DNA from: Lytechinus pictus
Lineage: Eukaryota
DNA: 64,000 nucleotides
Direction of reading: 5' to 3'
Assembly: GCF_037042905.1 (NCBI RefSeq)
Contig: NC_087245.1
Span: forward strand, 41,046,001-41,110,000
Below, one piece after another: positions 11,392-22,483 of the stretch (the first letter of the stretch is position 1; every line of letters begins with the position of its first letter). The notes beneath the pieces are model-generated. The model did not search any database, was not told the origin of the DNA, and saw only the letters and a list, made by a program, of their open reading frames with translations. The translations under genes and the position numbers were made by a program.

Positions 11392-14300
11392 TCAATTAAA
11401 ATGAAAAACTTGAACAAAACGCTTTGGAAAATGCACCTTTCTACCCGAACGAGTTTGTCTGATTTCAGGCTCGGTAGATGATGAAGAAGGAGTGATGGAG
11501 GGAGGCGGAGGCTTAGTGGTTGGTGTAGTAGTCACTTGAGAAGGTTTAGGATTTTCAGGAGTAGATAAGCTAGGTTGAACAGTGGTTGGAACGGTTGGTG
11601 AAATGGGTGATTCCAAATATGCTGGTTTCAGACGGTCGAGACTGATAGTTTCATGTTTTCCTTTGAGTAGGATGGTGAAAAACTTATCAGCTCGCTTGAT
11701 AATTTGATATGGGCCATCGTAGGGTGGTTGAAGGGGTTTCTTGACTGCATCATGACGCACAAAGACATGGGTGCATGATGTGAGATCAGGGTGGACCTGT
11801 GGTTTGCGATGCTGAATACGAGTGGGCTGAGGTTTGAGGTTCTCAATTTGTTTTCTCAGTCGATGGATATAGTTGCTAGGGTCCAAATCACAATCTTTCT
11901 GATTAGGTGCTACAAACTGACCTGGCAATCTTAAAGTTGTTCCATATACCAGCTCAGCAGCGCAACATCCCAAATCAGATTTGACTGCAGTTCGAATTCC
12001 AAGCATGACGAGAGGGAGAGTTTCAGTCCATCGTGAAGAAGGTGTAGTTTTGAGTGACGCTTTAAGTTGCCGATGAAAGCGCTCAACCAGTCCATTTGAT
12101 GCAGGATGATAAGATGTAGTTCGAATTCTAGAGCTACCAAGAAGATGAGTTAGAGCTTGAAAGAGTGAAGATTCGAATTGTCGACCTCTATCGGTAGTGA
12201 TGGTTGAGGGAGCACCGAAACGAGATACCCAGTGTGAAATGAATGCTCGGGCAACTGTCTCAGCTGATATGTCGGGAATAGGCATTGCCTCAGGCCATCG
12301 GGTGAAACGGTCAACACATGTGAGAAGATATGCATTGCCATTTGAAGGAGGAAGTGGTCCCACGAGATCGATATGAATGTGATCGAATCTAGCATCAGGT
12401 GTTGAAAAAGTACCTATCGGTGTCTTGGTGTGACGGTGTACTTTACAACGTTGACACTGTATGCAAGTTTTGGTCCAATTTCGGACATCTTTGTTAATTC
12501 CAGGCCAAACAAATCTGTCTGTGATGAGTTTTTGGGTAGCATTGATGCCAGGGTGAGATAGGTTGTGAAGAGCATCAAATACAACTCGTCTGAATTTAGA
12601 TGGGATGTAAGGTCGAGGATTGGTAGTTGAAGTATCGCATAGGATAGTAGAGTCAGAAATAGGAAGAGGTAGAGGTTTAAGTTCGAGCGAGGTTGAAGTG
12701 ACTTGTTTGAGTTCCTCGTCAACCTCCTGGGCAGCGGCGATGGCATTGAAATCAATGGTAGGAGTTGAAGTGAGGGAGTTGATTTCCATGCGAGATAGAG
12801 CGTCTGCCACTACATTGTGTTTTCCACTAATATGCCTTATATCTGTGCTGAATTGAGATATGTATTCTAGGTGTCTGACTTCGCGTGGTGAATACCTGTC
12901 AGGTCTAGCATTAAAGGCATGAGTGAGAGGTTTGTGATCAGTATAGATGAAGAATTGTCGTCCTTCAAGTGCATGTCTGAAGTGACGAATAGTGAGATAC
13001 ACAGAGAGAAGTTCACGTCCGAATGTGCTATATCTTGTCTCAGCTGGCTGCAGGCGTTTTGAGAAGAAGGCGATGGGTTGCCAGTCATCGTCAATGTGTT
13101 GCTGCAACACACCTCCAACAGCAAAATCTGATGCATCAACCATAATGCAGAGTGGGGCATTATGTTTTGGGTGTGAAAGGAGAGTAGCTTGAGCGAGAGC
13201 TGTTTTCACTGAGTTGAATGCATTGAGGGCTGCATCATCGAGATGGATTGCTTTGTTTTTCTGCTTGCATGCCAATAGATCGGTGAGTGGTTGAGTGATA
13301 GTTGCACAATCAGGAATGAAGCGACGATAGAAATTGACTAGTCCTAGAAATTCTCTGAGTTTGCGAAGAGAATCAGGAACAGGGAAATTGTTGATGACTT
13401 TGACTTTCTCGGGAAGAGGGCGGATGCCGTTCTCATCAACAATGTGTCCGAGAAAGGTGAGAGAAGATGCGCCGAATTCACACTTGGCTGGGTTGATGAC
13501 GACGCCATATTTTGAGAGTCGAGCGAAAAGTAGCTGGAGATGTTGCTTGTGCTCCTCTTCATTTTCGCTAGCGATGAGCAGATCGTCGATGTAGGCGTAC
13601 ACAAATGGAAGACCACGGGTTACTTCATCAATGAATCGTTGAAAAGTTTGTGCGGCATTGCGTAGCCCAAAAGGCATGCGTACAAACTCAAATAACCCAA
13701 AGGGTGTGGTGATGGCTGTTTTGTGTACATCTGTTTGATCGACAGGAATCTGGTGATATGCTCGAACGAGATCGAGTTTTGAGAAAACTCGCTTGCCTGC
13801 TAGGGCAGATGTAAAGTCTTGGAGATGGGGAATGGGATATTTGTCGGGCACTGTATTCCTATTTAGTGCACGATAGTCTCCACACGGTCTCCAGTCTCCG
13901 GGTGTTTTCTTGGGCACCATATGAAGTGGGGATGCCCAGTTGCTGCTAGACGGTTGAATGATGCCTAGTTCCAGCATGTGGTCGAATTCCGCCTTCGCGA
14001 TATTGTATCTATCGGTTGCTAGGCGACGAGGACGGGATGATACAGGAGGGCCTTTCGTCACAATGTGATGGGTGACGGAGTGCTTGATCTCAGCCTCCTT
14101 ATACACAGGGCGTGTAATGTCAGGAAATTTGTCGAGAATAGATTTGTAGGCAGCTTGATTTTCTGGCTTTAGAAACATAGGACTGATAGAAGGAGATGAA
14201 GAAAGGATGCCAGTAATAGATAGATTGGTAGAAGAGTCGATGAGCTTGAGATTGCGCACATCCACAAGTAAACCAAAGTGATGAAGGAAGTCTGCCCCGA

Positions 14301-14853
14301 TGATAGGAATAGGAATATCAGCAATGATGAAAATCCATCTGCAAGCTCGACGCAGGCCGACGTCGAGAGTCAGGCTTCGCTCTCCATAAGTCGTAATGCT
14401 TGAGCGATTAACTGCTTGTAGATAGAATTTTGATGAAGGATGATGTTTTTCGGCTTTTGATGGAGGAAGAACGCTAACTTCAGCTCCTGTGTCGACCAAA
14501 AAACGAATTCCAGTTTTCCTATCAGTGATGTAGAAAAGGCGACTTTTTGATTTTGAGGAAGATTGGTTAGTTGTTGCTAGCTTTGGTTTGTTGGTGTCCT
14601 GTTTGTTTGAAGCCTTTTTGAATTTGCAAGGTGGTACACATTTGTGAGATTTTGTACCAAAGCGCCAATGATAATAACAATAATCTCCGGCATGTTGATG
14701 TGAGGGAGAATGATTATTGTGACGAGCTTGACGTTGACGATAAGCGTCGATAGCAATTGTGAGTTTTGATAGTTCTGCTCTTAAATCTTGAATAGAAGTA
14801 CCAGTACTAGTAGTTGGTTGCGAGAAAGGGTGCTTTTGATTGCAAGTCGACAT
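11392..14853 (-). CDS. Retrotransposon polyprotein: Gag C-terminal CHCC finger, aspartic protease, RT, RNase H, integrase (1153 aa)
   Basis: [18 protein letters not shown] (C-x2-H-x9-C-x3-C); [15 protein letters not shown] and YIDD; DAS...RELL; HNLSH...CIQC; DLVGP, TDRG and GLVERF (DDE); GPY motif. No internal stops. Confidence 0.97.
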   Translation of the reverse strand: MSTCNQKHPFSQPTTSTGTSIQDLRAELSKLTIAIDAYRQRQARHNNHSPSHQHAGDYCYYHWRFGTKSHKCVPPCKFKKASNKQDTNKPKLATTNQSSSKSKSRLFYITDRKTGIRFLVDTGAEVSVLPPSKAEKHHPSSKFYLQAVNRSSITTYGERSLTLDVGLRRACRWIFIIADIPIPIIGADFLHHFGLLVDVRNLKLIDSSTNLSITGILSSSPSISPMFLKPENQAAYKSILDKFPDITRPVYKEAEIKHSVTHHIVTKGPPVSSRPRRLATDRYNIAKAEFDHMLELGIIQPSSSNWASPLHMVPKKTPGDWRPCGDYRALNRNTVPDKYPIPHLQDFTSALAGKRVFSKLDLVRAYHQIPVDQTDVHKTAITTPFGLFEFVRMPFGLRNAAQTFQRFIDEVTRGLPFVYAYIDDLLIASENEEEHKQHLQLLFARLSKYGVVINPAKCEFGASSLTFLGHIVDENGIRPLPEKVKVINNFPVPDSLRKLREFLGLVNFYRRFIPDCATITQPLTDLLACKQKNKAIHLDDAALNAFNSVKTALAQATLLSHPKHNAPLCIMVDASDFAVGGVLQQHIDDDWQPIAFFSKRLQPAETRYSTFGRELLSVYLTIRHFRHALEGRQFFIYTDHKPLTHAFNARPDRYSPREVRHLEYISQFSTDIRHISGKHNVVADALSRMEINSLTSTPTIDFNAIAAAQEVDEELKQVTSTSLELKPLPLPISDSTILCDTSTTNPRPYIPSKFRRVVFDALHNLSHPGINATQKLITDRFVWPGINKDVRNWTKTCIQCQRCKVHRHTKTPIGTFSTPDARFDHIHIDLVGPLPPSNGNAYLLTCVDRFTRWPEAMPIPDISAETVARAFISHWVSRFGAPSTITTDRGRQFESSLFQALTHLLGSSRIRTTSYHPASNGLVERFHRQLKASLKTTPSSRWTETLPLVMLGIRTAVKSDLGCCAAELVYGTTLRLPGQFVAPNQKDCDLDPSNYIHRLRKQIENLKPQPTRIQHRKPQVHPDLTSCTHVFVRHDAVKKPLQPPYDGPYQIIKRADKFFTILLKGKHETISLDRLKPAYLESPISPTVPTTVQPSLSTPENPKPSQVTTTPTTKPPPPSITPSSSSTEPEIRQTRSGRKVHFPKRFVQVFHFN

Positions 14854-14959
14854 ATTGAAGAATGTAAGTGAGTCGACAATGAAATGAGAAGAAGGGAGAT
14901 AATAATTAGAACATTATATGACGAAGGATGACTGTTCTCATCACGTTGGTCGGGTTTTA

Positions 14960-14977
14960 ATCACGTCGGGGTCACCA
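14960..14977 (-). promoter_or_regulatory. Primer-binding site complementary to the tRNA-Trp 3' end
   Basis: Minus strand TGGTGACCCCGACGTGAT, 1 nt downstream of the 5' LTR; this is the canonical tRNA-Trp PBS. Confidence 0.92.
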
Positions 14978-14978
14978 G

Positions 14979-15619
14979 TGAAGCGGGGGCTGGTTTATAA
15001 GTTGAAATGGTAATAAGCCAATCTCCACTTACCGACTTTATGCGTGTAGAGATCCGACAGACAATCTTCCAATATAACAAAGTGTTCCAATTATTGCACA
15101 ATCCCAATGACACAAAATCACACAAGATTATATCACAAAAAATAACTTGGCTAGCACAAGCGGTATTTGGATTTTCTCTTAGTGAAAATAACGGAGAAAA
15201 AAGGGTAGTACGCAAATTTGAAATGGTATGCTGTGGAAGATGCAATGGATGAATTTGCTCCAAGTGAGATGATGGAATCCACAAATGTATTAAGTTATTT
15301 GACGACGTTCTCAAGACACGTGTTTACTGAAGAAGAAAACTTTGAGAAGTGTATCCGAAAAGAAAGTTGTAGTTTTCATCCCAAATGTGATGTAGGATGT
15401 AAACAAAGAGAGAGGGGAGAGAGAGGTACCAATTCAGAGAATTTATAGTGAGTCACAGGTGAGTGTGCTGTGTGAGGGTCATTATTGACCACTTGTTGGC
15501 ATGTTTATTGTTAGGGAGTGGAAGTAACTGGTATCCAAGGGTAATGTCCTCTCAAAGATGATGAGTAATAGAAGGCAAAGTTGAGAAATGAAAAAGGATG
15601 AAATTTGGAAAATACTACA
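14979..15619 (-). repeat. 5' LTR (641 bp)
   Basis: Direct repeat of 10668-11307, adjacent to the PBS. Confidence 0.95.
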
Positions 15620-16644
15620 CCGTAAAGAGAGTGTAAGCCAGGCATGGTTCACAATTCGAAGGTTTATTCCAGTATCAAGATGAGGATGGAGATGATGATG
15701 ACGAAGAAGAGACGGATGACGACGAGTAAGAGACGGATGATACAGGTGGACACCGGCACAACTGAAGATGTCACATCACCTTGACAACAAAATACTTCCA
15801 AGACAACATTAATAACTGAACCCTACTATTTTTATTGTGAATATCAATCTAGTTTCTGAATGTTACTAATGCTCCTAATAATATTTTAAAACATTGTATG
15901 CAGAGTAATAACGCGATGATACGTGATAATGATGCTATAAGGTATATTGCTGAAAATGACGTTACTGATTTAAGAAAAAAGGGATCTGATACGTGTTTAT
16001 CTAGTAGAAATGTTATTATATTGGTGATTCGTAACAAAAGATTGGATATTAGTTCCTATAGTATGGCAGTATTGTATTGAATGATGTATAATTATGGTCG
16101 TGTCATGAACGTTTATCTTGATAGAGCTTAAAGAATGACCGTACATACAAAAGATTGTTTATTAACTCGATGTTATAACTTTTCGGTAAACCATTTTAAC
16201 TCTAGCTAAAAACGTCTATATTCATTGTTACTCGTGCTTTGTATCGTAGTGAATAAAGTAAAATTATGGAAGATTGGAGATTATACATTTTCGTATAAAG
16301 ACTCTTGCCTTATTTCTTGTTTATGTGTTCGTATGACAGACGTAGTTGTGCTCGGTAATGATGGAAATGATGCTTATGTTTGATATAAACTGATAATACT
16401 AATGATGCTGGTGTTTAGGTGATAATGTTAATGATGATGATGTTCAAAACAAATGGTGATTGAAATAACGGTGGTAATGTTGACGATGCTGATGTTTCTG
16501 ATGTGAAAGATAATTTTGATGATGCTGGTGATTGAAATAAAGGTGATAATGTTGACGAGGCTAATGTTTGATATATACTGATAATACTAATGATGCTTAT
16601 GTTTGAAATAACGGTGATAAGGTTAATGATGGTGATGTCATAAC

Positions 16645-16945
16645 AGAGAGCGAAGTTGGGTCAGTCGGTTAAGCGTCTGCCTGTCGAACCAAATTTTCGA
16701 GTCTATATACCCCAGGCGCATGACTGAAGCCTGCGTTGTGTGTAAATGCCTCTCTCCTGTTCCATAGATGCAGGCTATGTTACGGTGGAAAACACACCGT
16801 CCCTCGGATAAGACGTGAAACGGAGGTTCCGTGTAGAGGAGTACCACCTTTGCACGTTAAGAACCCACCGCATTATTCGTATAAGAGTAGGGGGAAACCC
16901 CGGTGAAGTGGTCCACCTGCACTCCCCAAATCAGTTATATCGGAA
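16645..16945 (+). mobile_element. tRNA-derived SINE, 5' portion with a Meta-like central domain
   Basis: A-box-like head GGGTCAGTCGGTTAAGCG; central GGATAAGACGTGAAACGGAGGTTCCGTGT...GCACGTTAAGAACCC. Its end (AGTGGTCCACCTGCA..CCC..CAGTTAT) overlaps the SINE 3' fragment at about 6190-6343. Confidence 0.55.
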
Positions 16946-17326
16946 AGAGATTCAGAAGATTAAATTGAGAAATAATGGAAACAACAGAAGAAAAAAAATC
17001 TGTTTTAAATACGTAAACTAATTTTCGAATCAAATCTATGTTACCATTTGACGGCCTAATTGACCGTTCATGGGGTGATCGATTCATGAACCGCGAGGCA
17101 CTTGACATATCTGCTGGTAGGCAGAGAAAGATAACTTTTTGAATAGGAAACTGTGTAGAAATCATACGTCTTTTTTGTGCATCGTATCATATACGTGGCG
17201 ATGACGATTGCGCAACGGTGGTGCAATACCGATATGGTGCGATAAGGGTAATTCCCTGGGATGACATCACGGTGGATAAAACACCATTTCATGGCTGACC
17301 GGAAGTCTGGGTTATGGCCGTCGGGT

Positions 17327-17495
17327 CATGTGGTCAAAGGGCGTGGCTGACCGGGCTAAAGGCCATGTGGTCAAAGGGCGTGGGTGACCGGGCTAAAGGT
17401 AATGTGGTCAAAGGGCGTGGCTGACCGGGCTAAAGGTCATGTGGTCAAAGGTCATGGTTGACCGGGCTAAAAGTCATGACCGGGTCAAAGGTCAA
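17327..17495. repeat. 37-bp tandem repeat, about 4.5 copies
   Basis: Unit CATGTGGTCAAAGGGCGTGGCTGACCGGGCTAAAGGY starting at 17327, 17364, 17401 and 17438. Confidence 0.9.
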
Positions 17496-18334
17496 ATTGG
17501 TATGAGGTCTATACTATAACTACTACCTCCGTATCAGCTATATTAAATAAATAGTTCATGAGCTTGTTGGCTTTCTTGAATGTCCACTGTAAGTTTTGTA
17601 TTGAGATACACGTCGAGGTATTTGACGGCGTTATGTATTGATGTTTTTCCGAAATATAATGTGTGCTTTGGGTGAAAACTACACAGTATTGGTTGAAAAC
17701 TACCAAGAGTTGGATACATTTTTTAACCAATTGTTGTGTGGACAGTATGTTGCCCAAAAATTTAAAAGTGTAAGTTTTATTGTGTGGTACAAAGAAATTA
17801 AATAGATTAAGATCAGGGACGGTGATCCTGGGGGATGGGGGCACAGTGCCCCAACGTTTTTGAAGCACTAAAAAGTCATTCATTCATTCATTCAATGCCC
17901 CCCACAAACGTGTACTGTGCCCCTTTCACCTGAGGAGGACCCGTTTTAGTAAAATATGATTATATTCCCATGATAAAAGTCATGTTTGTCGGGTGTGACC
18001 CACGTCGTTCTTTGACAGACATCCCTCAGTTCTTCTGCTACGTAACATATCAAAATTCTTTGATTCCTCTGTAGAAGGTCCAACTGAGCTACAAGTTTGA
18101 CTTGATAATTATGCAAATGAACCTATATGGAAAATGTGTGTTCTTGATCGAGCGATTATGTATGGAGGTGAGTGAGATAAAGTTTGGAGTAGGATTAGCC
18201 GCCCTTTCACACGGCAAAAAAAAATCGTAATTTGAATGATGATTCCAGTGAATGACGAATTTTAGCGCGTGTGAAACCATAGAACATAGAATCACGACTG
18301 CTAATCACAACCACGAATTCAAATTTAACTCTGG

Positions 18335-18815
18335 AGGTGAATTCAAGGATCTTTCAGAATTCTTTCCATCGGACTTTGCCTGGTCTTTCATTGATCTTTC
18401 AATGATCTCTCATGAGTCTTACAGTGATCTACGCAAAAATCTTGAGAGACTGCAGAAAGGTCATTGAAAGACTATTATGACCTTTGAAATATTAAGTTCA
18501 TCGAAAGATCGCTGGAAGACCACTGAAAGACCATTTTCCTGTAAGACCGTTGTAAGACTTTTTAAAACTTTTTCAAAAAGTTCTGGAGCCCATGAAGACC
18601 ACTGAAAGATTGGTCAGAACTCGTGAAAGACCTCAAAGACCATTGTAGGTTCAATGAGAGACCTCTGAAAGATCAACCAGAATTCATGGTCTTTCAAAGG
18701 TCTTTCAGCGGTCTTGTTCAAAGACCATTGTAGGTTCAATGAGAGACCTCTGAAAGATCAACCAGAATTCATGGTCTTTCAAAGGTCTTTCAGCGGTCTT
18801 GTTCTCTGTGGAATG
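18335..18815. repeat. Interspersed element rich in GAAAGACC/GGTCTTTC motifs, with an ~85-bp internal tandem duplication; related copy at about 34715-35140
   Basis: Both loci share GGACTTT.CCTGGTCTTTCA...GATCTCTCATGAGTCTT and the end CTCTGTGGAATGGGG; about 18635-18719 is repeated at about 18719-18803. Confidence 0.7.
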
Positions 18816-19846
18816 GGGGTTTAATGATTTACAGGTAGAGCTTATTTTTGAGAATATCGTATCGAATTCGGCCATGCCCTGTGAGTGTTGGCTTGACACC
18901 GGAGACGCCTTTGTGAGGCCCCTTTCTTGCTACTTCCTTGTGGATCAATTTGTGTGTTCAATGTCGGTTTCCCAATGTAAACGGCAACATGGATCATGAT
19001 TGAAAACGTGATTTCAAAACGCAGATATAATTAGAAACAAAGGGTGTGTTCAATGTCCACTAATCCTGGTCGTAAAAGTAAACGTCTTTCAAATCACGAT
19101 TCGGAGGAAAATTTTAATGTCGAAAAAGATGCGTTTGTGAATATTAGATTAATTTTACCTTTGTTATTTGAACAATTTGATACATTGATTAATTTGATAT
19201 TTGTTATTTGGATGATTTGATGCATATGATGTTTGAATGATCTGAAATAATTAATTTGATATTCGGTGTACAACCAATTTGATATGTGATGTTTAATACT
19301 GGAGTGATTGGATATGTGTTTAATGTGATATATGATGTTCCATAAGATAAGTCACTAAATAAAAAGGGAAGTGTATAGCTGTTTAAGAGTAAATTTCAGT
19401 GATCTATAATTATCTTTTATTGAAGTTCTTGGCTTAAACCTGACAATGTACACTTCTTGTTCCATGATACATTGTTGTACATACTTGCATACCCCGGTTG
19501 CATACATACAATACATTATTGTGACTTCACATTGATTCTCATTCTTCTGTTACTGTTACTTCCCGCCTTCCGGGAATCATCGCCTCGATAAATTTTTTTT
19601 TTCCAATTCGTTTCTTACCTGTGGCCCGTATATTATTTTGTGTGAGGAAAAAAAAAGGATTCGACCTATAAGTGCTTCACAATATGATGAACATTCTCAT
19701 GATATTTGATCCTAACTGATAAAGTATATTATTTCATTTCCTATTATCTAAGATACCAAACAGCAATCTCGTACAAGTTTCATTTGATTTGATTAAGTAT
19801 TCTTAAAATAATGAACAAAATGTCATTCTGATCCAAGTTTAGATTT

Positions 19847-20145
19847 TATCTAAAATGGCCCTTGACCTAGACCCAGTAACCTGAAATTATACTCAACAAA
19901 TATTCCGAATCCGATACCTGTTAATACTTATATACCACTTCAACTTAATATATAGACTAACGATTTATTATCTTTGAACATTTGTTGTTTTTAGTTTCGT
20001 TTTTAATATCTAAAATGACCCTTGACCTAGACCCAGTAACCTGAAATTATACTCAACAAATATTCCGAATCCGATACCTGTTAAAACTTATATACCACTT
20101 CAACTTAATATATAGACTTACAATTTATTATCTTTGAACATTTTT
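19847..20145. repeat. ~160-bp tandem duplication (probably internal repeats of a HINE-like element)
   Basis: TATCTAAAATG.CCCTTGACCTAGACCCAGTAACCTG...TCTTTGAACATTT occurs twice in tandem. Confidence 0.8.
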
Positions 20146-20169
20146 TTTTTGTAAACCAAACATTTCGTA

Positions 20170-20835
20170 TAACATATCTGCTGTTAAATTAAAACTAGGT
20201 TCGACAATTCTGAATGTAACTAAAACAGTCAAATTTCTAGGTATAATTTTAGATGATAAATTAACTTTTACTAATCATCGTTTACATATTTGTAACAAAA
20301 TATCTAAGAGTGTAGGAATACTGTGTAAATTGAAATCCATATTACCTGAAAAGAATTTATTTATGCCATATAACTCTTTGATTCTACCTTATATTCAATA
20401 TTGCAACATAACATGGGCCAGTGTTGAAATAACTAATCTTGATTGTATCCACAAACTCCAGAAATGAGCATTACGCATTTGCACCAATTCTCCATATCTG
20501 ACACCATCAGGGCCATTATTTTATAGATTAAAAACAATGACAGTCTACGATATTCATAAATTTAAGATTTCTACACTTATGCACGCAGTTAGATATAGAT
20601 ATGCTCCTATTAATATCATCAATCTTTTTCAATATAACTACGACTTTCACCGATACAATACTCGCTCTGCTAATAGCTTTCATTACCCTAAAACAGCTTC
20701 AACCCTAATTCTGAACTCTTAAATTTACCGGACCACGAATTTTGAATAATCTCAATGCATTCCTTTTTTCATGTTCAACTGTTTCTTCGTTTAAATGCAA
20801 ACTCAAAAAGATCATTATTAGTACCTATTCCTAAT
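20170..20835 (+). mobile_element. CR1/L2-group LINE, 3' ORF2 fragment (degraded)
   Basis: Translates VKFLGIILDDKLTFTNH...ICNKISKSVGIL...YNSLILPYIQYCNITWAS...KLQK*ALRI...HRYNTRS. Confidence 0.85.
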
Positions 20836-22483
20836 TTGAATTCAAACCCACCTCATTTATACATGTATTATTTTTTTTAATGAATGAACCAAGCATTGTC
20901 GGGCTCCACCGCACATTTTTGCATTGGGTGGGTCGCCTAATATTGAAAAGGTGGTTTTAATCGTAGAGTAATCGTAGTGGATCGTATCGGATCGTATCAT
21001 ATCGGTCGTGGCAATCGTATTAATCGTAGACATTTTTTGAATGGTTCAAAAATTGTAATATACAATTCCCTTATTCCTCTTTAACATTGATGTCACGTTG
21101 CTATTATTTGTAATGATCTTAACCCTTTGATATGTTATAGTGTTAGACATACATTAATACCTTATTGTCATTGTTTCACTCAATTTTCTATATATTTCCT
21201 ATAATGCCATAATTAATTCATTGCTATCATTTCAGAGTTTTTTTTATCAGTGAATAAATTATACAATTAGTAGTTTCATAATTAGTAACTGTTCCCTTTT
21301 GATAACTTGAATATTTCAGTTTAATTCATATTATCATTTAGGTAAATATATTTGTTTATTTATGTTAAGCATTGTTATCTTTGACTTAGATTTTGACTTT
21401 ATTTTCATGCATGATATGATGATTTTTTTTGTTCTTTATTTTTTCATCAGGTCATTGATGAAAAACAGTTTTATGCTGATCTTTTGTACCTGAATGAATA
21501 TGTTCCAATAAAATAATTTTTTTGCGATCAGTTACGAAAGGGTTATCTTGGCGTTCATTAAGGATCGCACGATATTGTGAACGTGGTATTACCAAGCACT
21601 TTAGGCTTCACTGTCTGCTCAGAAGTAAAACAGGGAGGACCTAAGGGTCAATATTGGTTCAGAAATGCTGTTGGAAAATCTATTTTTTTAGACTTGAATT
21701 TAGGGCAAATTTAGGGCGCTGAATTTTCCTTGTCAAAGCATCAAGAACATCACTGCTGACAAGTCAGGAAATCTTGATAATTTCCTGCCTGTAGTCACAG
21801 TCACAGACGTCAAACTGTACGTAGAAATGATTTTGATTACTGTTCATTTTTTGTATTTTTGCTTGTGTCATTGAGAAAGTCAAGGTCATGAAAGGACCAT
21901 CGAACTTTATGTAAAAGAGAAGAGTATTCTCCAATTTAATCAATGTCATGTTCATGATTTGTACAAGACTATTAATTGTGATGAAGAATTTTAATTTTTT
22001 CAGGACACAGATTTTATTAACTTTGACTCTCTGAAATTTGAAAAGATCTATTTAAAGGAAATGCTATTAAGGAAAAAGTCATTTTCTTGTTACATGTAAA
22101 ACACTTTAAGGACCAATCATACTTATTAATCAGTTGTGAAATTATAAAACAGTTTATCAAAATTAATCTAGGAAATTATATATATGAATATTGTGAAGAT
22201 TTAAAGATCTTATAATTCCTTAGATTGTCTATAGTTTGGGTAATATTCATTTTTAAATGGGTTCCAACTGCCGTTCCCGTCCCATTTTCCGGTTTCCGGT
22301 TTCACTATGACTGTCAAATCCCGATATGGGCAAGACTTCTAAAGAGAGTCAGAGAGGGAAGACAGATCACCTTCGCTTATACAATTTTCGTCCTCGAAAG
22401 GTGTAAATAGAATAACAATTCATCAGTGTCACTGAACATTGAAGTGGAGTGATTGCTTTACAGAATAAAAAGTGGGTTACTTC

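Larger units (their letters stand above)
10668..15619 (-). mobile_element. Ty3/Gypsy LTR retrotransposon, CsRn1/Kabuki clade, with both LTRs
   Basis: LTRs at 10668-11307 and 14979-15619 with TG...CA ends; 4-bp TSD CCGT at 10664-10667 and 15620-15623; tRNA-Trp PBS; PPT; CHCC motif; PR-RT-RH-IN domain order. Confidence 0.97.

Noticed and set aside
11628..13616. Short overlapping or antisense ORFs within pol
   Set aside because: Shadow frames of the polyprotein with no independent evidence.
14961..15448. LTR-encoded ORFs (117, 81 and 76 aa) as gag, env or accessory genes
   Set aside because: No recognisable motifs, and the longest is frameshifted in the other LTR copy.
21450..22440. Possible degraded coding sequence or LINE 5' end
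   Set aside because: Frequent stops and no recognisable motif; cannot be supported without a database search.
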